Below are positions 38,111-52,274 of a stretch of DNA of 64,000 nt, in pieces. Position 1 is the first letter of the stretch. Each line of letters begins with the position of its first letter. The stretch comes from Octopus sinensis (taxonomy: Eukaryota). Under the pieces are notes generated by a model. The model was not told where the DNA came from and did not search any database. It worked only from the letters and a program-made list of their open reading frames with translations. Position numbers and translations under genes: made by a program. The stretch is taken from the NCBI RefSeq assembly GCF_006345805.1, contig NC_043000.1, positions 153,140,001 to 153,204,000 on the forward strand. The letters run 5' to 3'.

Positions 38111-39039
38111 GTCTAGGTGCTCGATCTAAGCTAACGTGGGGTCTACACAGCAATAACACACACACACATGCATGCACATATATACACACATACACACACA
38201 TATATATATATGTATATTTACACATGCATACACACATACTTACACAAACACACATAAGCAAACAAATATACACATACATACACAACGGTGTGTGTACGTA
38301 TATGTGCGTGCACGTATTGGTTGCATACATGTAAATGTATCAGTGTGTTTATATTTAAGTGGGTAACCTGTTTCACTGAATAAAATGACATAATCTTGAA
38401 TTAAACAGAGAAAACTACTCATGTGTCAATTCTTATGTCAACAGAATGTCTTATAGTAAAACATTTTGACAGAGTTGAATATATCACTTGCTATTCAACT
38501 GCTTTTGTTATTGTTGTTGTAATTGATATTATTGCGTTGTTGTTGTTGTTGTTGCTGCTGCTATTGTTGTTGTTGTTGTTGTTGTTGTCATTCTTATAAA
38601 GGTGTTATCGTTGTTATTATTATCCTGTGTTGTAGTATAAAATGCTATGTGAATGTCTAGAAATCTGAGAGCGAACCATCGTATATCATTATGTATTCAT
38701 ATGCATGTATTCACAGACACACACATGCACACACGTGCACACACAAACAAGCATACACACACGTACACACACAAACAAACATACACATGCGCGCGCGTCT
38801 CTCTCTCTCTCTATATATGCGTGTATATATATATGTATATATGTATGTATGTATACATATATACACATACGCACACCTACTGATATTTATTTATGTATAC
38901 ACACACACATATATGTGTGTGTGTGTATGTATATATTTCCATGTTTATACATACATGCATACATACATATTATATATATATACATACACACACTACACAC
39001 ATATATATATATATATGTGTATATATATATATATTATAT

Positions 39040-39156
<117 letters not shown>

Positions 39157-39851
39157 GTAGATGCATGTATGCATGTGTGTATATATATGTGTGTGCATTT
39201 ACGTAAACGCATGTGTGAAATGTAAATAGGAAAGAATATACACAAGTGTAATTAGATTGGACTAACAGTGACGCTGGAGACAGTCCGATATCTTACATGT
39301 CACATCTCAAATAGCAGAAACACTTTGGCGTGTTTTAGCAATTATCCTCTTTCCACCATTCTCATTTGGTAATACTGGAAACACCCGAAAAGGCGGGGTG
39401 GTAGTTGAAAATCTAGTTCCGGTTGGGTGTTTATCTCTCAGAATCAAAGCCAATGTAATAAACAGAAGTGTAATAATCTAATAGTTACAAGAAATATTGA
39501 CTGGTTTTCGTTGACCACTTTGTTACCAGCAGTGAAACCTTGTGTGGTTCATAGTTGATATGTAGACGAGTAAGTTGTTTTTGCCAACCTATGTATGTAG
39601 GTATGGGTATGTTTTGCAACTATGGGATTTTAAGTTCGATCTCACTGTCCGTTATCTTTGCCAAGTGAGTTCTATTAGATATAACCTAGCATCGACCCAA
39701 AGCCTTGGGAGGGCATTTTTAAAGACAGAAACTGTGTGAAAACTCACCGGTGTAAATGTCCCTGTTCTTAGCAAGTAGACTTAATCTTTTATTCGGTTTA
39801 GTATCACAAACTACCCATTCACTGTCCTAAGCGCAGTCTACCGTTTTAGAT

Positions 39852-40073
39852 TATGAAGGCGTGCTGATAAAGATCCTGGCTTTGTGTAAAAGAAAATACA
39901 GGTGGATCAGTTAATTATCATTTTATTCAACATATTTCTCTCTCATATTCACACATTTATTGCAGCGGTCCTTCAATATATCTAAGCATTTTAAAAGAAC
40001 TCAGAAGGCAGGACCTCCAACCAGGTCTTTCACCATACTCTTAATGCCAGGAACTTTTCAGCATCCCTTCGTA
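39852..40073. mobile_element. Mariner-derived MITE
   Basis: TA-tgaaggcgtgctgataaagatcctggc / gccaggaacttttcagcatcccttcg-TA. Confidence 0.75.
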
Positions 40074-40664
40074 TTTGACATCTTACCTTTGACATCTTAC
40101 CTTTGACCTGCTACTGAGGAAATAAGAGGTATCATATGCGTTCTTTTGGTCTGAATCGTGTCCATCTACCTGTCTACAGTAAATAAATATTTGTATATTT
40201 ACTCGTGAAATGTGAAGGAATGGAAAGCTCCAAAGTCAAAGCTCAAAGCAGATGTTCTATTCATATAGTGTATATGAAAATATTGAGAATAGTGAAGGAA
40301 ACACAATGTAAAGTCATGGGTCTTGCTTGAATTTAACGGGGGTATCTTGCAGAAATATGAGCAGTGACAACTTCGTGATGTTTGAAAGCCAGCGAATGTA
40401 CGAAGCCGGCATAAATGGCAACAGTGGAAAGATGAGATATATTACAATGTCTTTTGATCGCAAATTGAATCTTATTATATACTAACTTCCACTTTGCCTC
40501 GCTCTCTCGCATAGAAATGTTTCATCTCCTCCAGTTTACTTCTGTTTAATTCTCATCTATTCTACACTCAATTACTTTAAGTTACCTACTTCTTCCATTA
40601 TTCTTAACTCTTTATTCTTCCCTTTCCTCAGATACTTTTCTTTCCTTCCTTACTTCCTTATTTC

Positions 40665-40699
<35 letters not shown>

Positions 40700-40849
40700 T
40701 GTTTCTTTCTTTCTCTTTGATAGTTTTGTAAACTTATAAAAGTCGCCAAATAACCGCCTCAGAGGAGACCTGACTTCGAAGATACTGGATGGACACAAAT
40801 ATATTGGTAGAGAAGAACATTCTCCCCACAAAAAAAATAACATAAAAAA

Positions 40850-42620
40850 TCTCATTTTAAAATGTTAAGGAAAAAACAATAAATGAACTTGCCGATTCTT
40901 CTTCTTTATGATCATTTGTGGACTCTAATACAAACTAAACTACCCACCACGTATCACACTATCATACAAACCACAGATCCTGAGCTGCATATCTTCCAAC
41001 CATTATACATCTCACATCTGTCTCTAATCCACAAGTTCACCTTGGAAAGGTGATGTCTGCTCATATGTAGAATCCATCACTAACTTCTCCCAACTAGATT
41101 AACAACAAAGATGTCCAATTAATTTGGCTCATAGTCTACCCACATCACTATTCTAAATTCTTTTATTTCCTTTACCTCTCTCCGAAATTCCTCAACAGCT
41201 AACAACTAATACAACATATCTCATTCTGCATCTTATTCCACTCCTTTCTGAAGTCATCATCATTGGCAACTTCAAAGTCACCAAACCTTGCTCTCGCGCT
41301 CATCTCATACAGATGTTGCTGAATCAGAAACTGAATCTCTGGCTATCCTAAACTTTCAAAATCTTAATCTTTCTATCATCTCCCATATGTATCCCTCATC
41401 ATCACAATTTCAACACCCTTAATCTCTTTATCAACTTCCAAACAAAACTTTAGCAAACTACCAGTTTTTGCACATACCAGATCGTCCGACAACTACCTAA
41501 ACAAAGTCACATACCACATAACCACATACTATTCGACGCTTCCGTCCATATCACCTCAAGACGGCTAAGAGGTCAAACTTCACCATATCTATGAAAACTA
41601 GTGGGTTTCTTTTTGACCCTCTCGAAATTGCTGAGCAGGAAACAATCTTCTTAGACATTAAATTTTACTCCGGGGTATATCCATAGATTTTAATCGTCAC
41701 TGCATAAATATATTAAATATATTAGCTACCTGAGACATTTACAAACGCCTGTCTTATACAATCCTACCGTGGATAGTAAAAGTGGAATCAACTGAACAAT
41801 TTCTTCATATAATTAAAGCAATAATAACTCGTAAAAGTGCTACCTTCACATTTTTTTTTGCGTTTTCTCCTAACGATGTCTCATTCATAAAAACAAAACC
41901 AACTGCCTGTAAACTGGCCTTATTCTTTACGATTAGAAAATACCTCAGGTTTGAATAGTTGAAACCAATGAGACAATACTAAATATTCAAAGCAATGGGA
42001 CAAATATTGGAACACCGTTATCTATTTCTTTACTACCCACAAAGGGCTAAACATAGAAGGGACAAACAAGGACGGACAAACGGATTAAGTCGATTATATC
42101 GACCCCAGTGCGTAACTGGTACTTAATTTATCGACACCGAAAGGATGAAAGGCAAAGTCGACCTCGGCGGAATTTGAACCCAGAACGCAACGGCAGTCGA
42201 AATACGGCTACGCATTTCGCCCAGCGTGCTAACGTTTCTGCCAGCTCGCCGCCAATATTGGAACACCGTTATCTGTGATGGTATTCCAGCTGCTCGCACA
42301 AATATCCTAGATTGTATCCAAAATAAAGCCATCGGTTTAATTGACATACACTCACCAAGACAATTCAACTCGACGTCACATACGTATTGTGCAATCACTC
42401 TGCCGCTTCCATAATGAGCCCTTTCTCTGCTATTCTGAACGTGTCAAGTTGCATATCACCTCCGTTCAAACTCATCCGACACACCAGTTTATTTTACTTT
42501 TGTTACCAATATTGTCTCACCCACTAACCGATATTTTACTTTTTCTTTTTTTTTCTTTTTAACCTTCAGAACGTCAACCTTCTAGAATTTACCGAACTCA
42601 GTGTTTCCCACAGATGTTGG
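40850..42620 (+). pseudogene. Highly decayed APE-type LINE (endonuclease and post-RT remnants) interrupted by a SINE
   Basis: Fragments IWL..., FLYLSP, SEVIIIGNF (APE-like GDFN region) and NILDCIQNKAIGLI. Confidence 0.5.
42024..42253 (-). mobile_element. Young full-length SINE B with 21 bp TSD
   Basis: aatattggaacaccgttatct at 42003-42023 and 42254-42274. Confidence 0.93.
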
Positions 42621-43169
42621 TCTGCTATCTCTAAAAGTACTGAAGTTGTATTGTACCAATATGACTAATCACGATGGGATATAGGGCTGTTATACTAACT
42701 GAACAGTTAATTTATTTCTAATATTTTCGCTAACATAATATAATAAAATATATTTATTTCTAATTCAGATGCATGGCCAGCAGCTTTGAGGGGAAGGGGA
42801 CAGTCCATTTCATCGACTTCCGTACTAGACGGGTACCTTATTTTATACTGAGGGATAAATGGTAAAGTTGATCTTTGTAGATTTGAATTCTAAAGGGAAA
42901 ATGTCGGTAGAAATACCACGAAAATTGTTGTCCGACGCTCTAATGTAAGATAATATGACCCTTTCTACTAAATTTGCCGGGCGAGGACTAGTCCATTACA
43001 TCGATTCAAGGGCTCAATTATTTTATCGACTCCAAAAGGATGAAAGGCAAATTCGACTTCAGTGGCATTTGAACTCAGAACGTAAAGAGTCGGAAGAAAC
43101 GTCACTAATAACTTTATCTGAAGCATTAACAAAATATGATATAATACAATATAATATAAACATGTAAAA

Positions 43170-43400
43170 GGCGGCGAGCTGGCAGAAACGTTAGCACGCC
43201 GGGCGAAATGCGTATCCGTATTTCGTCTGCCGTTACGTTCTGAGTTCAAATTCCGCCGAGGTCGACTTTGCCCTTCATCTTTTCGGGGTCGATAAATTAA
43301 GTACCAGTTACGCACTGGGGTCGATGTAACCGACTTAAGCCCTTTATATGTACTTGTTTGTCCCTTCTGTGTTTAGCCCCCTGTGGGCAATAAAGAAATA
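43170..43400 (+). mobile_element. Full-length SINE B
   Basis: Head to aataaagaaata. Flanked by duplicated tataatataaa.atgt. Confidence 0.9.
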
Positions 43401-44507
43401 TATAATATAAAAATGTGTGTGTCCGTGTTTCTGACGTTTTACGAACACTTGTATCTCAAGTAGGCTTTGGTACAGTATAATTTATTTTAACAGCAAAAAT
43501 GTTTGTCATAACCGTTTGGCCACCATTTAAGAACTTCCTATGGTGCATCATGTTCACCTCTATCTGTTTGGGACCCTAAGCACAGTATATCAACCGCCAT
43601 GAATGAATGTGTCTACGAAGTGGAAATTTACCTTTCAATGTCACTTCAACCGGTTTCAAATTTTGGAACAAGGGCAACAATTTTGCGAGTGAGAGTGGGG
43701 GTTAAGTCGATTACATCGACGGTAATGCTCAACTCCGAAAGAATGAAAGGCAAAGTCGACCTCACGGAATTTAAACTCAGAACGTAAAGACGGACGAAAT
43801 GCTGCCAAGCATTCTGCCCTCCTTGATGCCACTTTATATTAATTAGAATTTATGTTTTCTATTCACAAATATCAATTAACTGTATTGTATGTCAACGCTA
43901 TATATATTTGGTTTTAACGAATAATTCATACCTTTCCTGTTCATCTTCTAGCCTAGTAGATCAAACATGATGCGTGTGTTCCCTTTGTTATGACAGCGGT
44001 ACCATCTCACAGAATCATCTCATTCTGTGTTAGTCTTGTAACCGCTACATAACCATCCAGTATCAAGCTTTATTGCGGGACTTCGACTAAAGGCCCCACC
44101 CACTTAAAAACAATCGGGACCCCCTGTATGTTATTTGAGCTGTGTAATTTCTGGTGTACGATATGTTTGTGTAAATGTCTTGGCTCACCGCAAGCTTGTT
44201 TGTATATTCGCTTTCATGCAGAAATCGCCTCCGCACGCCAGAGACTTTTGGCATGTTTACAAATTAACGAAAAAAGATTTAAGTTCCCCTTCACCAGCCT
44301 TTCTGATGACGACAACTGCAAGAACAACAGTTACAAGTTAAATAAGAGGATGATGAAGAAATAGAAAGTGAAAAACAGAAGAGATAGGAAAAGGAGTTAA
44401 AGAAAAAGACAGACAGGAGAAGTGAGGAATACACCCAAATATACAGAAAGGCTATACAGACATACGCACACGCACTCTCTTTCTCTCAAACACAAACACA
44501 CACACAT

Positions 44508-44567
<60 letters not shown>

Positions 44568-44761
44568 GCAACATATAGTGGCACACACAGAGCCAACTAT
44601 ATATAAAAAATATATATAATCATTATATACGTATGATTATGTATGCATGTATGCATATATATACGTATATATATATATAATATATAGATATACATGTAAG
44701 TATATACATGTATATGGATACATGTATATATATATATAATATATATATATTATATATATAT

Positions 44762-44798
<37 letters not shown>

Positions 44799-45228
44799 GC
44801 ATATATATATAAACATATATATGTATATGCATATATATATACATATATATATATAATATATGTCTATATTCACATGTATATAAACACACACACACATATA
44901 TATATGTATATATGTATGTATGTATATATATATATTATATATATATAATATATATATATATATATACATCCATATATACAGACAGACAAACAGATAGACG
45001 GACGGACGGGCAGACATGTTTGTGCATGTATTTCATATACAGGCATACATCTACATAGATATGAAAGAGAAACAAGAAAGAAGATGAGAGAGAATGTGTG
45101 TGAAAGGGAGGGAGGGAGGAAGAATAAGGGCCGAGAAAGAGTGAAAAGGGGAAACAGAATAAGTTTTCCGTGTGCCTCTGCGTATATATATATGTGTGTG
45201 TGCGTGTGAGGGATTGATTGTGTCTGAA

Positions 45229-45270
<42 letters not shown>

Positions 45271-46785
45271 TATGTCTTGACGCGTTCGCGTGAAGAAAAA
45301 GCATGTAAGAATGCATGTTATGATATGTAGAATTGCATTAGCAACAAACTGAAGTTTTCCCGTTTTTTTTTTGAATTTGTTTTTGTTTTCAAGGATCTTG
45401 TTGCTAGCAGAGACCACCGGCGGAGGTTGACGCTCTCTTTTCAACTTCTTTTTTTTTTTCCTAAACGCGTGAACATAATTTGCAATAACAATATTAATAA
45501 CAGCAACAAAAACTACATCATCATCATCATCATCATCATTATCTCATTATCAACAACAACAACAACTACTACAACTACTACAACAACAATACAATGGTAA
45601 CAACAAAATAGGGCAGCGACAACTTTAAAGAAATCAATAGCCAGAACAGTTTTGGAAAAGGGCACAATTGGTGAAATCGAACGCAGTACTTGCCTGGTGT
45701 ATTCTAAGTGGCTGATCTCACCGCAGGCGGAGTTTGAACTCGAACTGATTTGACTCAACATCTAGCAAACGTGGTTTGTCGTTGGCTCTCAAGACTTTGT
45801 TACCTCGTTACTTCCACACTTTCACCCTCCTTTTCTTCTTGCTCCTCTTCCTTTTCCTCCTTCACTTAGACCTGCAGCTGCTGTCTTCTTCTTCTTCTTC
45901 TTCTTCTTCTTCTTCTTCCAATCAGGACTCACGCCATTAGCCACAAAGAATAATCTCTAATTCGAGCCTACCCTAAGCTACTAAGAATGCGTGCGGCAAC
46001 TTGAAGATCCACCCGCCACACGCGGTAGACTGGCGGTTGCACGGGTGCGAAAGCTACGTTGTTATCCTCATTCCGAAAACGGTGGCTTTTTAACGGGTAG
46101 AGTGCTGAACCATCCTGGAGTACAGAGGATTCACAATCAAGACTAGGATCTGGAAGTTTACCACACCATAGTGGGTTACACCATGGTTCCTCTGCTTGTG
46201 GAAGAAGTAGGAAGAAAGAGTGAGAGAAAGTTCCGGTGAAAGAGTACAGCGGAGTTCATCCCCACCACCGCCGGAGCCTCATGGAGCTTAGGTGTGGGAA
46301 TCGAAACCGCGTTCTTACGACTGTGAGTCCGCTGCCCTAACCACTGTGCCATTGCGCCTCCACTGCAGCTGCTGTAGCCTTGACACTCACGTTGAATCTT
46401 CAACTCTGGTTTGAAGTGAGGCATCTAGTTTGCAAGTCGATGATTTTTGGATGCAGAAAGTTTGGGCGTTGCTGGAAGTGCCGGCAAGTAGGTCACTGAT
46501 GGTGAGGACGAATAGCCAATAATTATTTTCATTTACGAAAAAATATTGCGTAAAAACTTGCGAAAAACTTGCGTATTTCTAATTTAAAATTGTATGCAGG
46601 TAATAAAAAACTACACTTTGCTGTCAAAAAAACTCAGCAAATCTATACCTAAATTTACAAATATCTTAGGCTGTTAAAAAAAAAAAATGTTCGCATTTAA
46701 ATAGGCTTTAAACGTTTTTATTATTAGATATTTCAATTCAAGTAAGTGCATTGTCTAAAATCGCATTCAATATCTTGCAAATGTA

Positions 46786-47180
46786 AGGCGGTGAGCTGGC
46801 AGAATTGTTAGCACGCCGGGCAAATTACTTAGTGGCATTTCGTCTGCCGCTACGTTCTGAGTTCAAATTCCACCGAGGTCGACTTTGCCTTTCATCCTTT
46901 AGGGGTCGATTAAATAAGTACCAGTTACGCACTGGGGTCGATATAATTGACTTAATCCGTGTGTGTGTCCTTGTTTGTCCTCTCTGTGTTTAGTCCCTTG
47001 TGGGTAGTAAAGAAATTGGCATTTTGACTGCCGTTACGTTCTGAGTTCAAATTCCACCGGGATCGACTTTGCCATTCATCCCTTTCAGGGTCGAAGCCCC
47101 AGATGAACACTTGGTTCGATGTAATCGACATACCCTCTCCACCGAAAATTGCTGACCCTATGCCAACATTTAAAACCAGT
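46786..47180 (+). mobile_element. SINE B dimer (second unit with alternative tail)
   Basis: Junction aaagaaat-tggcattttgactgccg at ~47010-47030. Confidence 0.82.
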
Positions 47181-47412
47181 ATTGTTTTCAAATGTATTTG
47201 AGATAACTGTTGTTACCAATGTCATGCACTGGGGTCATTGTGTTCCTTCATTTCAAATACTGAGGGATTATTTTATGGACAAGTGTGTGGCGCAATTTTC
47301 TCTGCCCTATCTTTAATATTAAAAACAACACATCTAATGCTATATAATCATTCTTACCCGATATATGTCTCATAGTATCAACGATGACTGCTCTCAGATT
47401 ATTCTGTTAATA

Positions 47413-48305
47413 CAGGGTGGGTGGAAAGTAACTAGGCATTAGAAATTGCTTATAGAAATTTTAGCATCATTGAAAAAACATCTTGTAAACAGTCAACACC
47501 AATGGGGATTTCTTACTTTCTTATTGTCTAATTGTCTTATTTCTTATTTTCCAGATGGCCGGTCACTTGACTGCACAGGAATGAGCTAAGATAGCAGCAC
47601 TCTTTGAAATGTGAAATTCCATTGTTCTGGCTCAGAGATGGTGACGTGCAATGGAAAAGTAAGCATGCAACACTACGTCCGGAGACAATAAAAAAGTTGT
47701 CATGCAAAGCTGATGACCACTGGTTCTGTGAACGATGCAAGAAGTGGCCGTCCAACCACTTCCTGATCAGCAGAGAACGTGGCAACAGTGAAAGAAATGC
47801 TTAATCACAGCCCGCAAAAATGAACACGTCAAGCGGCTCATGAAAGTGGGCTAACAAGATATACAATACATACGGTGTTGCATAAATAATTTTTGTCCGT
47901 GGAAACCTCAATATGTGCGGGAGCTAAAACCTGAAGACTGTGACCGCAGAAGTCCCGAAGTCCAGGACTCCAAGAAGTCTAGATCTCACTCCATGAGATT
48001 TTAACCTGTAAGGTTAAACAAAAATAGGTGTACAACACAAAACCTCGCACACTGGAGGACTTGGGGACACAGGTTCAGGAGGTTCTCAGTGATATCCAAG
48101 ACGACGTCCTTTAAAAGGTTGTTCATTCCATCCCTGGCCGTTTGAGGAAACTGGTTGACGCAACCGGTGCTTACGTTGAAATATGAAGATTTACTTTCAT
48201 TTTCCCATGTAATAAAGAACATTAACATTTGTTTCAATAAGTTTACAAAAGGAATATGGATTTTATAAGCAATTTTTAATGCCTACTTACTTTTCACCCG
48301 CCCTG
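47413..48305 (+). mobile_element. Decayed Tc1-like DNA transposon with both TIRs
   Basis: TA-cagggtgggtggaaagtaactaggcattagaaattgcttata / tataagcaatttttaatgcctacttacttttcacccgccctg-TA. Internal PRSLDLTP*DF, resembling SPDLTP.DF. Confidence 0.85.
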
Positions 48306-49077
48306 TAGAACAACAAAGAAACCTTTGTGAATTTGGCAATGCATAGATGCGTTACCTTCCTTCTTTCAAGTGTCTGTGTGACAGCATAGGGTAAGAAAAC
48401 ATTTGATTATCATATAATGCGGTCACACTATTTTTTTTCGTTTAAATGTTGCATGTCTAGAGCTCGTCTATTTCAAGACAAAACTAGTGCCCCATTCAAA
48501 TTTCTATCATCTTTTCATTTGAAAAACAAACAAAAAACCTTGCATGTGTGTATGTTAGCGTGCGTGCGTTCATGTGTGTGCGCATATGTGTGTGTGTACG
48601 TGCGCATATGTGTGTATATGTGTATGTATGTGTGTGTGAACGTGCTAGATTCTTGTTTTTATTTTCGGAAAATCACTAGAATTGCTCATTCTAGTGTTAC
48701 TGTCGATAGAAAAGTCATTATTATTTGTTTAAACGAGTTTGTCTTCCTGCATAATCTTATTTTTAGGTGTTTTTTTGTGTGATAGTTTTCATTCTTAATT
48801 TTTTTTCTTTCGGGGGCGTCGCTGCTATTTTCGTAATAGCTTTGTATATGAATGCAGACAAATAAGAAGAGAGAATGTAATTTATATGCAAGTAAACTAA
48901 AATCTGCATAGGCAGTTTTCCATATTCTTCAAATCTCTCTGTATGAGAAAATAATTAAAAAATTATTAGCTCATGCAGTTTGAAGGGTGATTTCAAAACA
49001 CGTCTGAATAGGTCAGCAGTGAATAATAATAATAATAATATAATAATAATAATAATAATGATAATAATAATAATAAT

Positions 49078-49187
49078 AGGAAGAATTTGGGGCATGAGAA
49101 CAGTAAACGTCGTGCCTATAATAATTGGTGCAAAGATATAGACAAAAGGCTGAAGAAGATTGGAATAGAATGGCCAGTTAAGTTCCC

Positions 49188-49229
<42 letters not shown>

Positions 49230-49570
49230 TAATAATAATAATAATAATAATAATAGGAAGAATTTGGGGCATGAGAACAGTAAAAGTCGTGCTTATAATA
49301 ATTGGGGCGTTGGGAACAGTAAGCAAAGATATAGACAAAGGGCTGGAAGAAGATTGGAATAGAATGGCCAGTAAAGCTCCCATAGAAAGTTTGTCTCTTA
49401 GGGACAGCACAGCAAGGCGTATCAGGAGGGTTCTAAGCATATGAAGGACAGCTGAAAACTTGTGGTCACAGATAGTAACCCGCTACCCACATAAGGTTAC
49501 AGATAGTAACCCGCTACCCACATGAAGTTGCAGAAAGTAACCCGCTACCCACATAAATCCTATCAGGAAT
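49078..49570 (+). mobile_element. Two very short Dong-like 3' fragments separated by (TAA)n, plus 3' UTR with three ~29 bp repeats
   Basis: RIWGMRTVKVVLIIIGALGTVSKDIDKGLE. Duplicated start at 49078 and 49256. caga.agtaacccgctacccacat occurs three times. Confidence 0.75.
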
Positions 49571-49589
49571 GAGACCGAACCTTTAGTGA

Positions 49590-49930
49590 CTGATGATATG
49601 TGCATCTCTAATCACGAGCAGACGTTGTAGGGGAGCATCATAGCCATGTGTGTCGTGAGGAATCCTTTGGGGTTTGGATAATTCATTTCTGGAAACATGG
49701 GTGTTTCGTTCAACATCTTTAAATAACCCTTATTCAGGGACCTTTTGAGCAGGATAGGATACTCAACCCGAAATAAATTCTAACTGGGCTCCACTTGCAA
49801 GGTCATGCGCTGTTTATCTTGGTATGAGATCGCCATGTTGCGCACATATGGTTGTGATGCATGTGCTTGGTGTACCCTTATCAGACTAGTGTTCGTGTCA
49901 CTTTGATGGCATGTACTGCTCTCTCTCTCA
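49590..49930 (+). mobile_element. Second copy of the unclassified repeat seen at 21950-22460
   Basis: Sequence homology. Ends ctctctctc followed by (AAT)n. Confidence 0.75.
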
Positions 49931-49945
49931 ATAATAATAATAACA

Positions 49946-49987
<42 letters not shown>

Positions 49988-50232
49988 TAATAATAATAAT
50001 AATAATAGTAATAATAATTTTTACTAAAAGTACAAGGCCTGAGATTTTGGGGGAGGGATGGGTTAGGTTTATTACATCGACCCCAGTACTCCACTGGTAT
50101 TTAATTTATCCAACCCAAAAGAGTGAAAGGCAAAGTCGATCTCGGCGGAATTTGAATTCAGATCGTAAAGGAAGATGAAATGCCGCTAAGTACTTTGCCC
50201 GGCGTACTAAGTACTTTGCCAGCTCGCCGTCT

Positions 50233-50352
50233 TAATAATAATAATAATGATGATGATGATGATGACGATGATGACGACAACGATGACGATGACGATGACG
50301 ATGATAATGATGATGATGATGATGATGATGATGATAATGATGATGATGATGA

Positions 50353-50387
<35 letters not shown>

Positions 50388-50438
50388 GGATGATGATGAT
50401 GATGACGATGACGATGATGATGATAATGATGATGATGG

Positions 50439-50487
<49 letters not shown>

Positions 50488-50490
50488 AGT
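50233..50490. repeat. (AAT)n/(GAT)n microsatellite
   Basis: Direct reading. Confidence 0.95.
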
Positions 50491-51563
50491 AATGCAACAA
50501 CAATGATAATGACTTGGAAGAAGAGTAGAAGGCATCGAATATTGGTGGACGGAGCAGTCAATTATATTGATGATAGCACTTGAGTTTCGCTTATTTTATA
50601 AATAGATTTATTTAGATTATTTTTCAAAGAAGTTTGCAAAAGGAATCTAAACATCAGAATATCATCTGTGCCATTAACACATTTGCAACGTACGTCATAA
50701 ACATATGGTTCTATAGCATTGCACCGGAACATAAAAGACTTGGATTCCATGGACCGTGTATATTTTCTTTAGAAATATATGTAAAGCATCGCTATTACAT
50801 AATATGTCTTACGAAGACGACTTCATGTAGAAGACGAGGCAGGAGGTGGTCATTGAATGTCAAGGAGCAGTTTAAGAAGGCCGTTATTAGTGTTTATAAA
50901 AAGCAGAGTCTGGGGAACCTAGCTGTGTTCTGCGTTAGCAAAGATTATACTATCAGGAATATGAGATTGGAACAGTTTGATAATTCTAAAATTGTATATT
51001 CCTCTTCTGTTCATTATGTACGACCTTACCCACAATCATAGTTATTAAGTATGTTCACTATATCTTCTCAACTTTAGAATTATTAAAATCTAAATTTAAA
51101 AAAAGATTATGTCAACCTATAATGATATACTGGTTATAGATAACACGGTCGAAGTGAAGAACGAAAGAGAGAGAGAGAGAGAGAGAGAGAACAAGCTCAA
51201 AGTAACGATAAAGTTCCAAAAATCGTAGCAAAATCTTCCTCGAATCACAGTCTACCATCTTATAAAGGGGAAAACGTATTGGACAGTGTACTCTTAGCTA
51301 TGTTGCATTTGAAGCTGGGATCGAACGGTCGTAGTAGAAATGCCTGTAACGACTGAGCAGCTCGTTCAGGAATGACCAAGAATTAAACAACCACAAGAAC
51401 AACTCTCAGGGCTTTCCTTTGCATGGTCTATATTCCGTAAAATGAATAACCTACAAATAAATAGAAGTATAGGCCAGGATAAAGAAACCCAGCCTAAACG
51501 CAACGTCTGGATACAGGAATAAATTTCATTATCAAGCGTATTGAGAAAGCATGCATAAATACA

Positions 51564-51710
51564 TGTGGCCAATGAAAAAAGTAGCAGTAGTACCAATAAT
51601 TGTTGGAACTCTGGGAACAGTGAGCAAAAATCTCGAGAATTGCGTGGAACAAATAAGGGCTGCAATAAGGGTGGAGTACTTGCAGAAAACAGCACTGCTT
51701 GGAACCGCAA
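51564..51710 (+). mobile_element. Dong-like RLE C-terminal fragment between ~64 bp direct repeats
   Basis: WPMKKVAVVPIIVGTLGTVSKNLENCVEQI...LQKTALLGTA. Flanking repeats at 51499-51563 and 51707-51770. Confidence 0.8.
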
Positions 51711-52274
51711 CGCCTGGATACAAGAATAAATTTCATTATCAAGCGTATTGAGAAAGCATGCATAAATACATACATATACATATGCACACACACATGCGCG
51801 CGTATTTATGTCTTGTGTGTATGTATGCCTGTATGTATGTATATATGTTTGTATGTATGCACATACTTCTTTTGAATAAATGACATTTCATCCTGATGGC
51901 ATATTTTCGACTCTAAGAAAAAATATTTTACATAGATTCATTTCCACGAAATATACTTCAAAACTCTATAACATATCAAAGCTCTTTCCGGTCATTGCGT
52001 TTGAACACTTAAGAGAAAAAGTCAAACTCAAAAAGCCTTATAGGGTATATAGGAATCTGAACCGGTCTTAAAATATGAATATAGTACAAGCATTTATCCA
52101 TGCAAACAACAACTGGATTTTAAGGAATAAACCTGATAATAATTTTCTTTAAAATTTACGAAATTATATCAGTGATTGACACAGCAATATCAAATGTATA
52201 TAATGTGCTGAAGCTTGCTGCAATTAAGAGGAACTGTATTGACATGGGTGTTGAATTGAAAGCATTATTACAGC

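Noticed and set aside
40347-40475. Short ORF MSSDNFVMFESQRMYEAG... after a ttgcag acceptor-like site
   Set aside because: About 42 codons, no recognisable motif, weak polypyrimidine tract and no partner exons.
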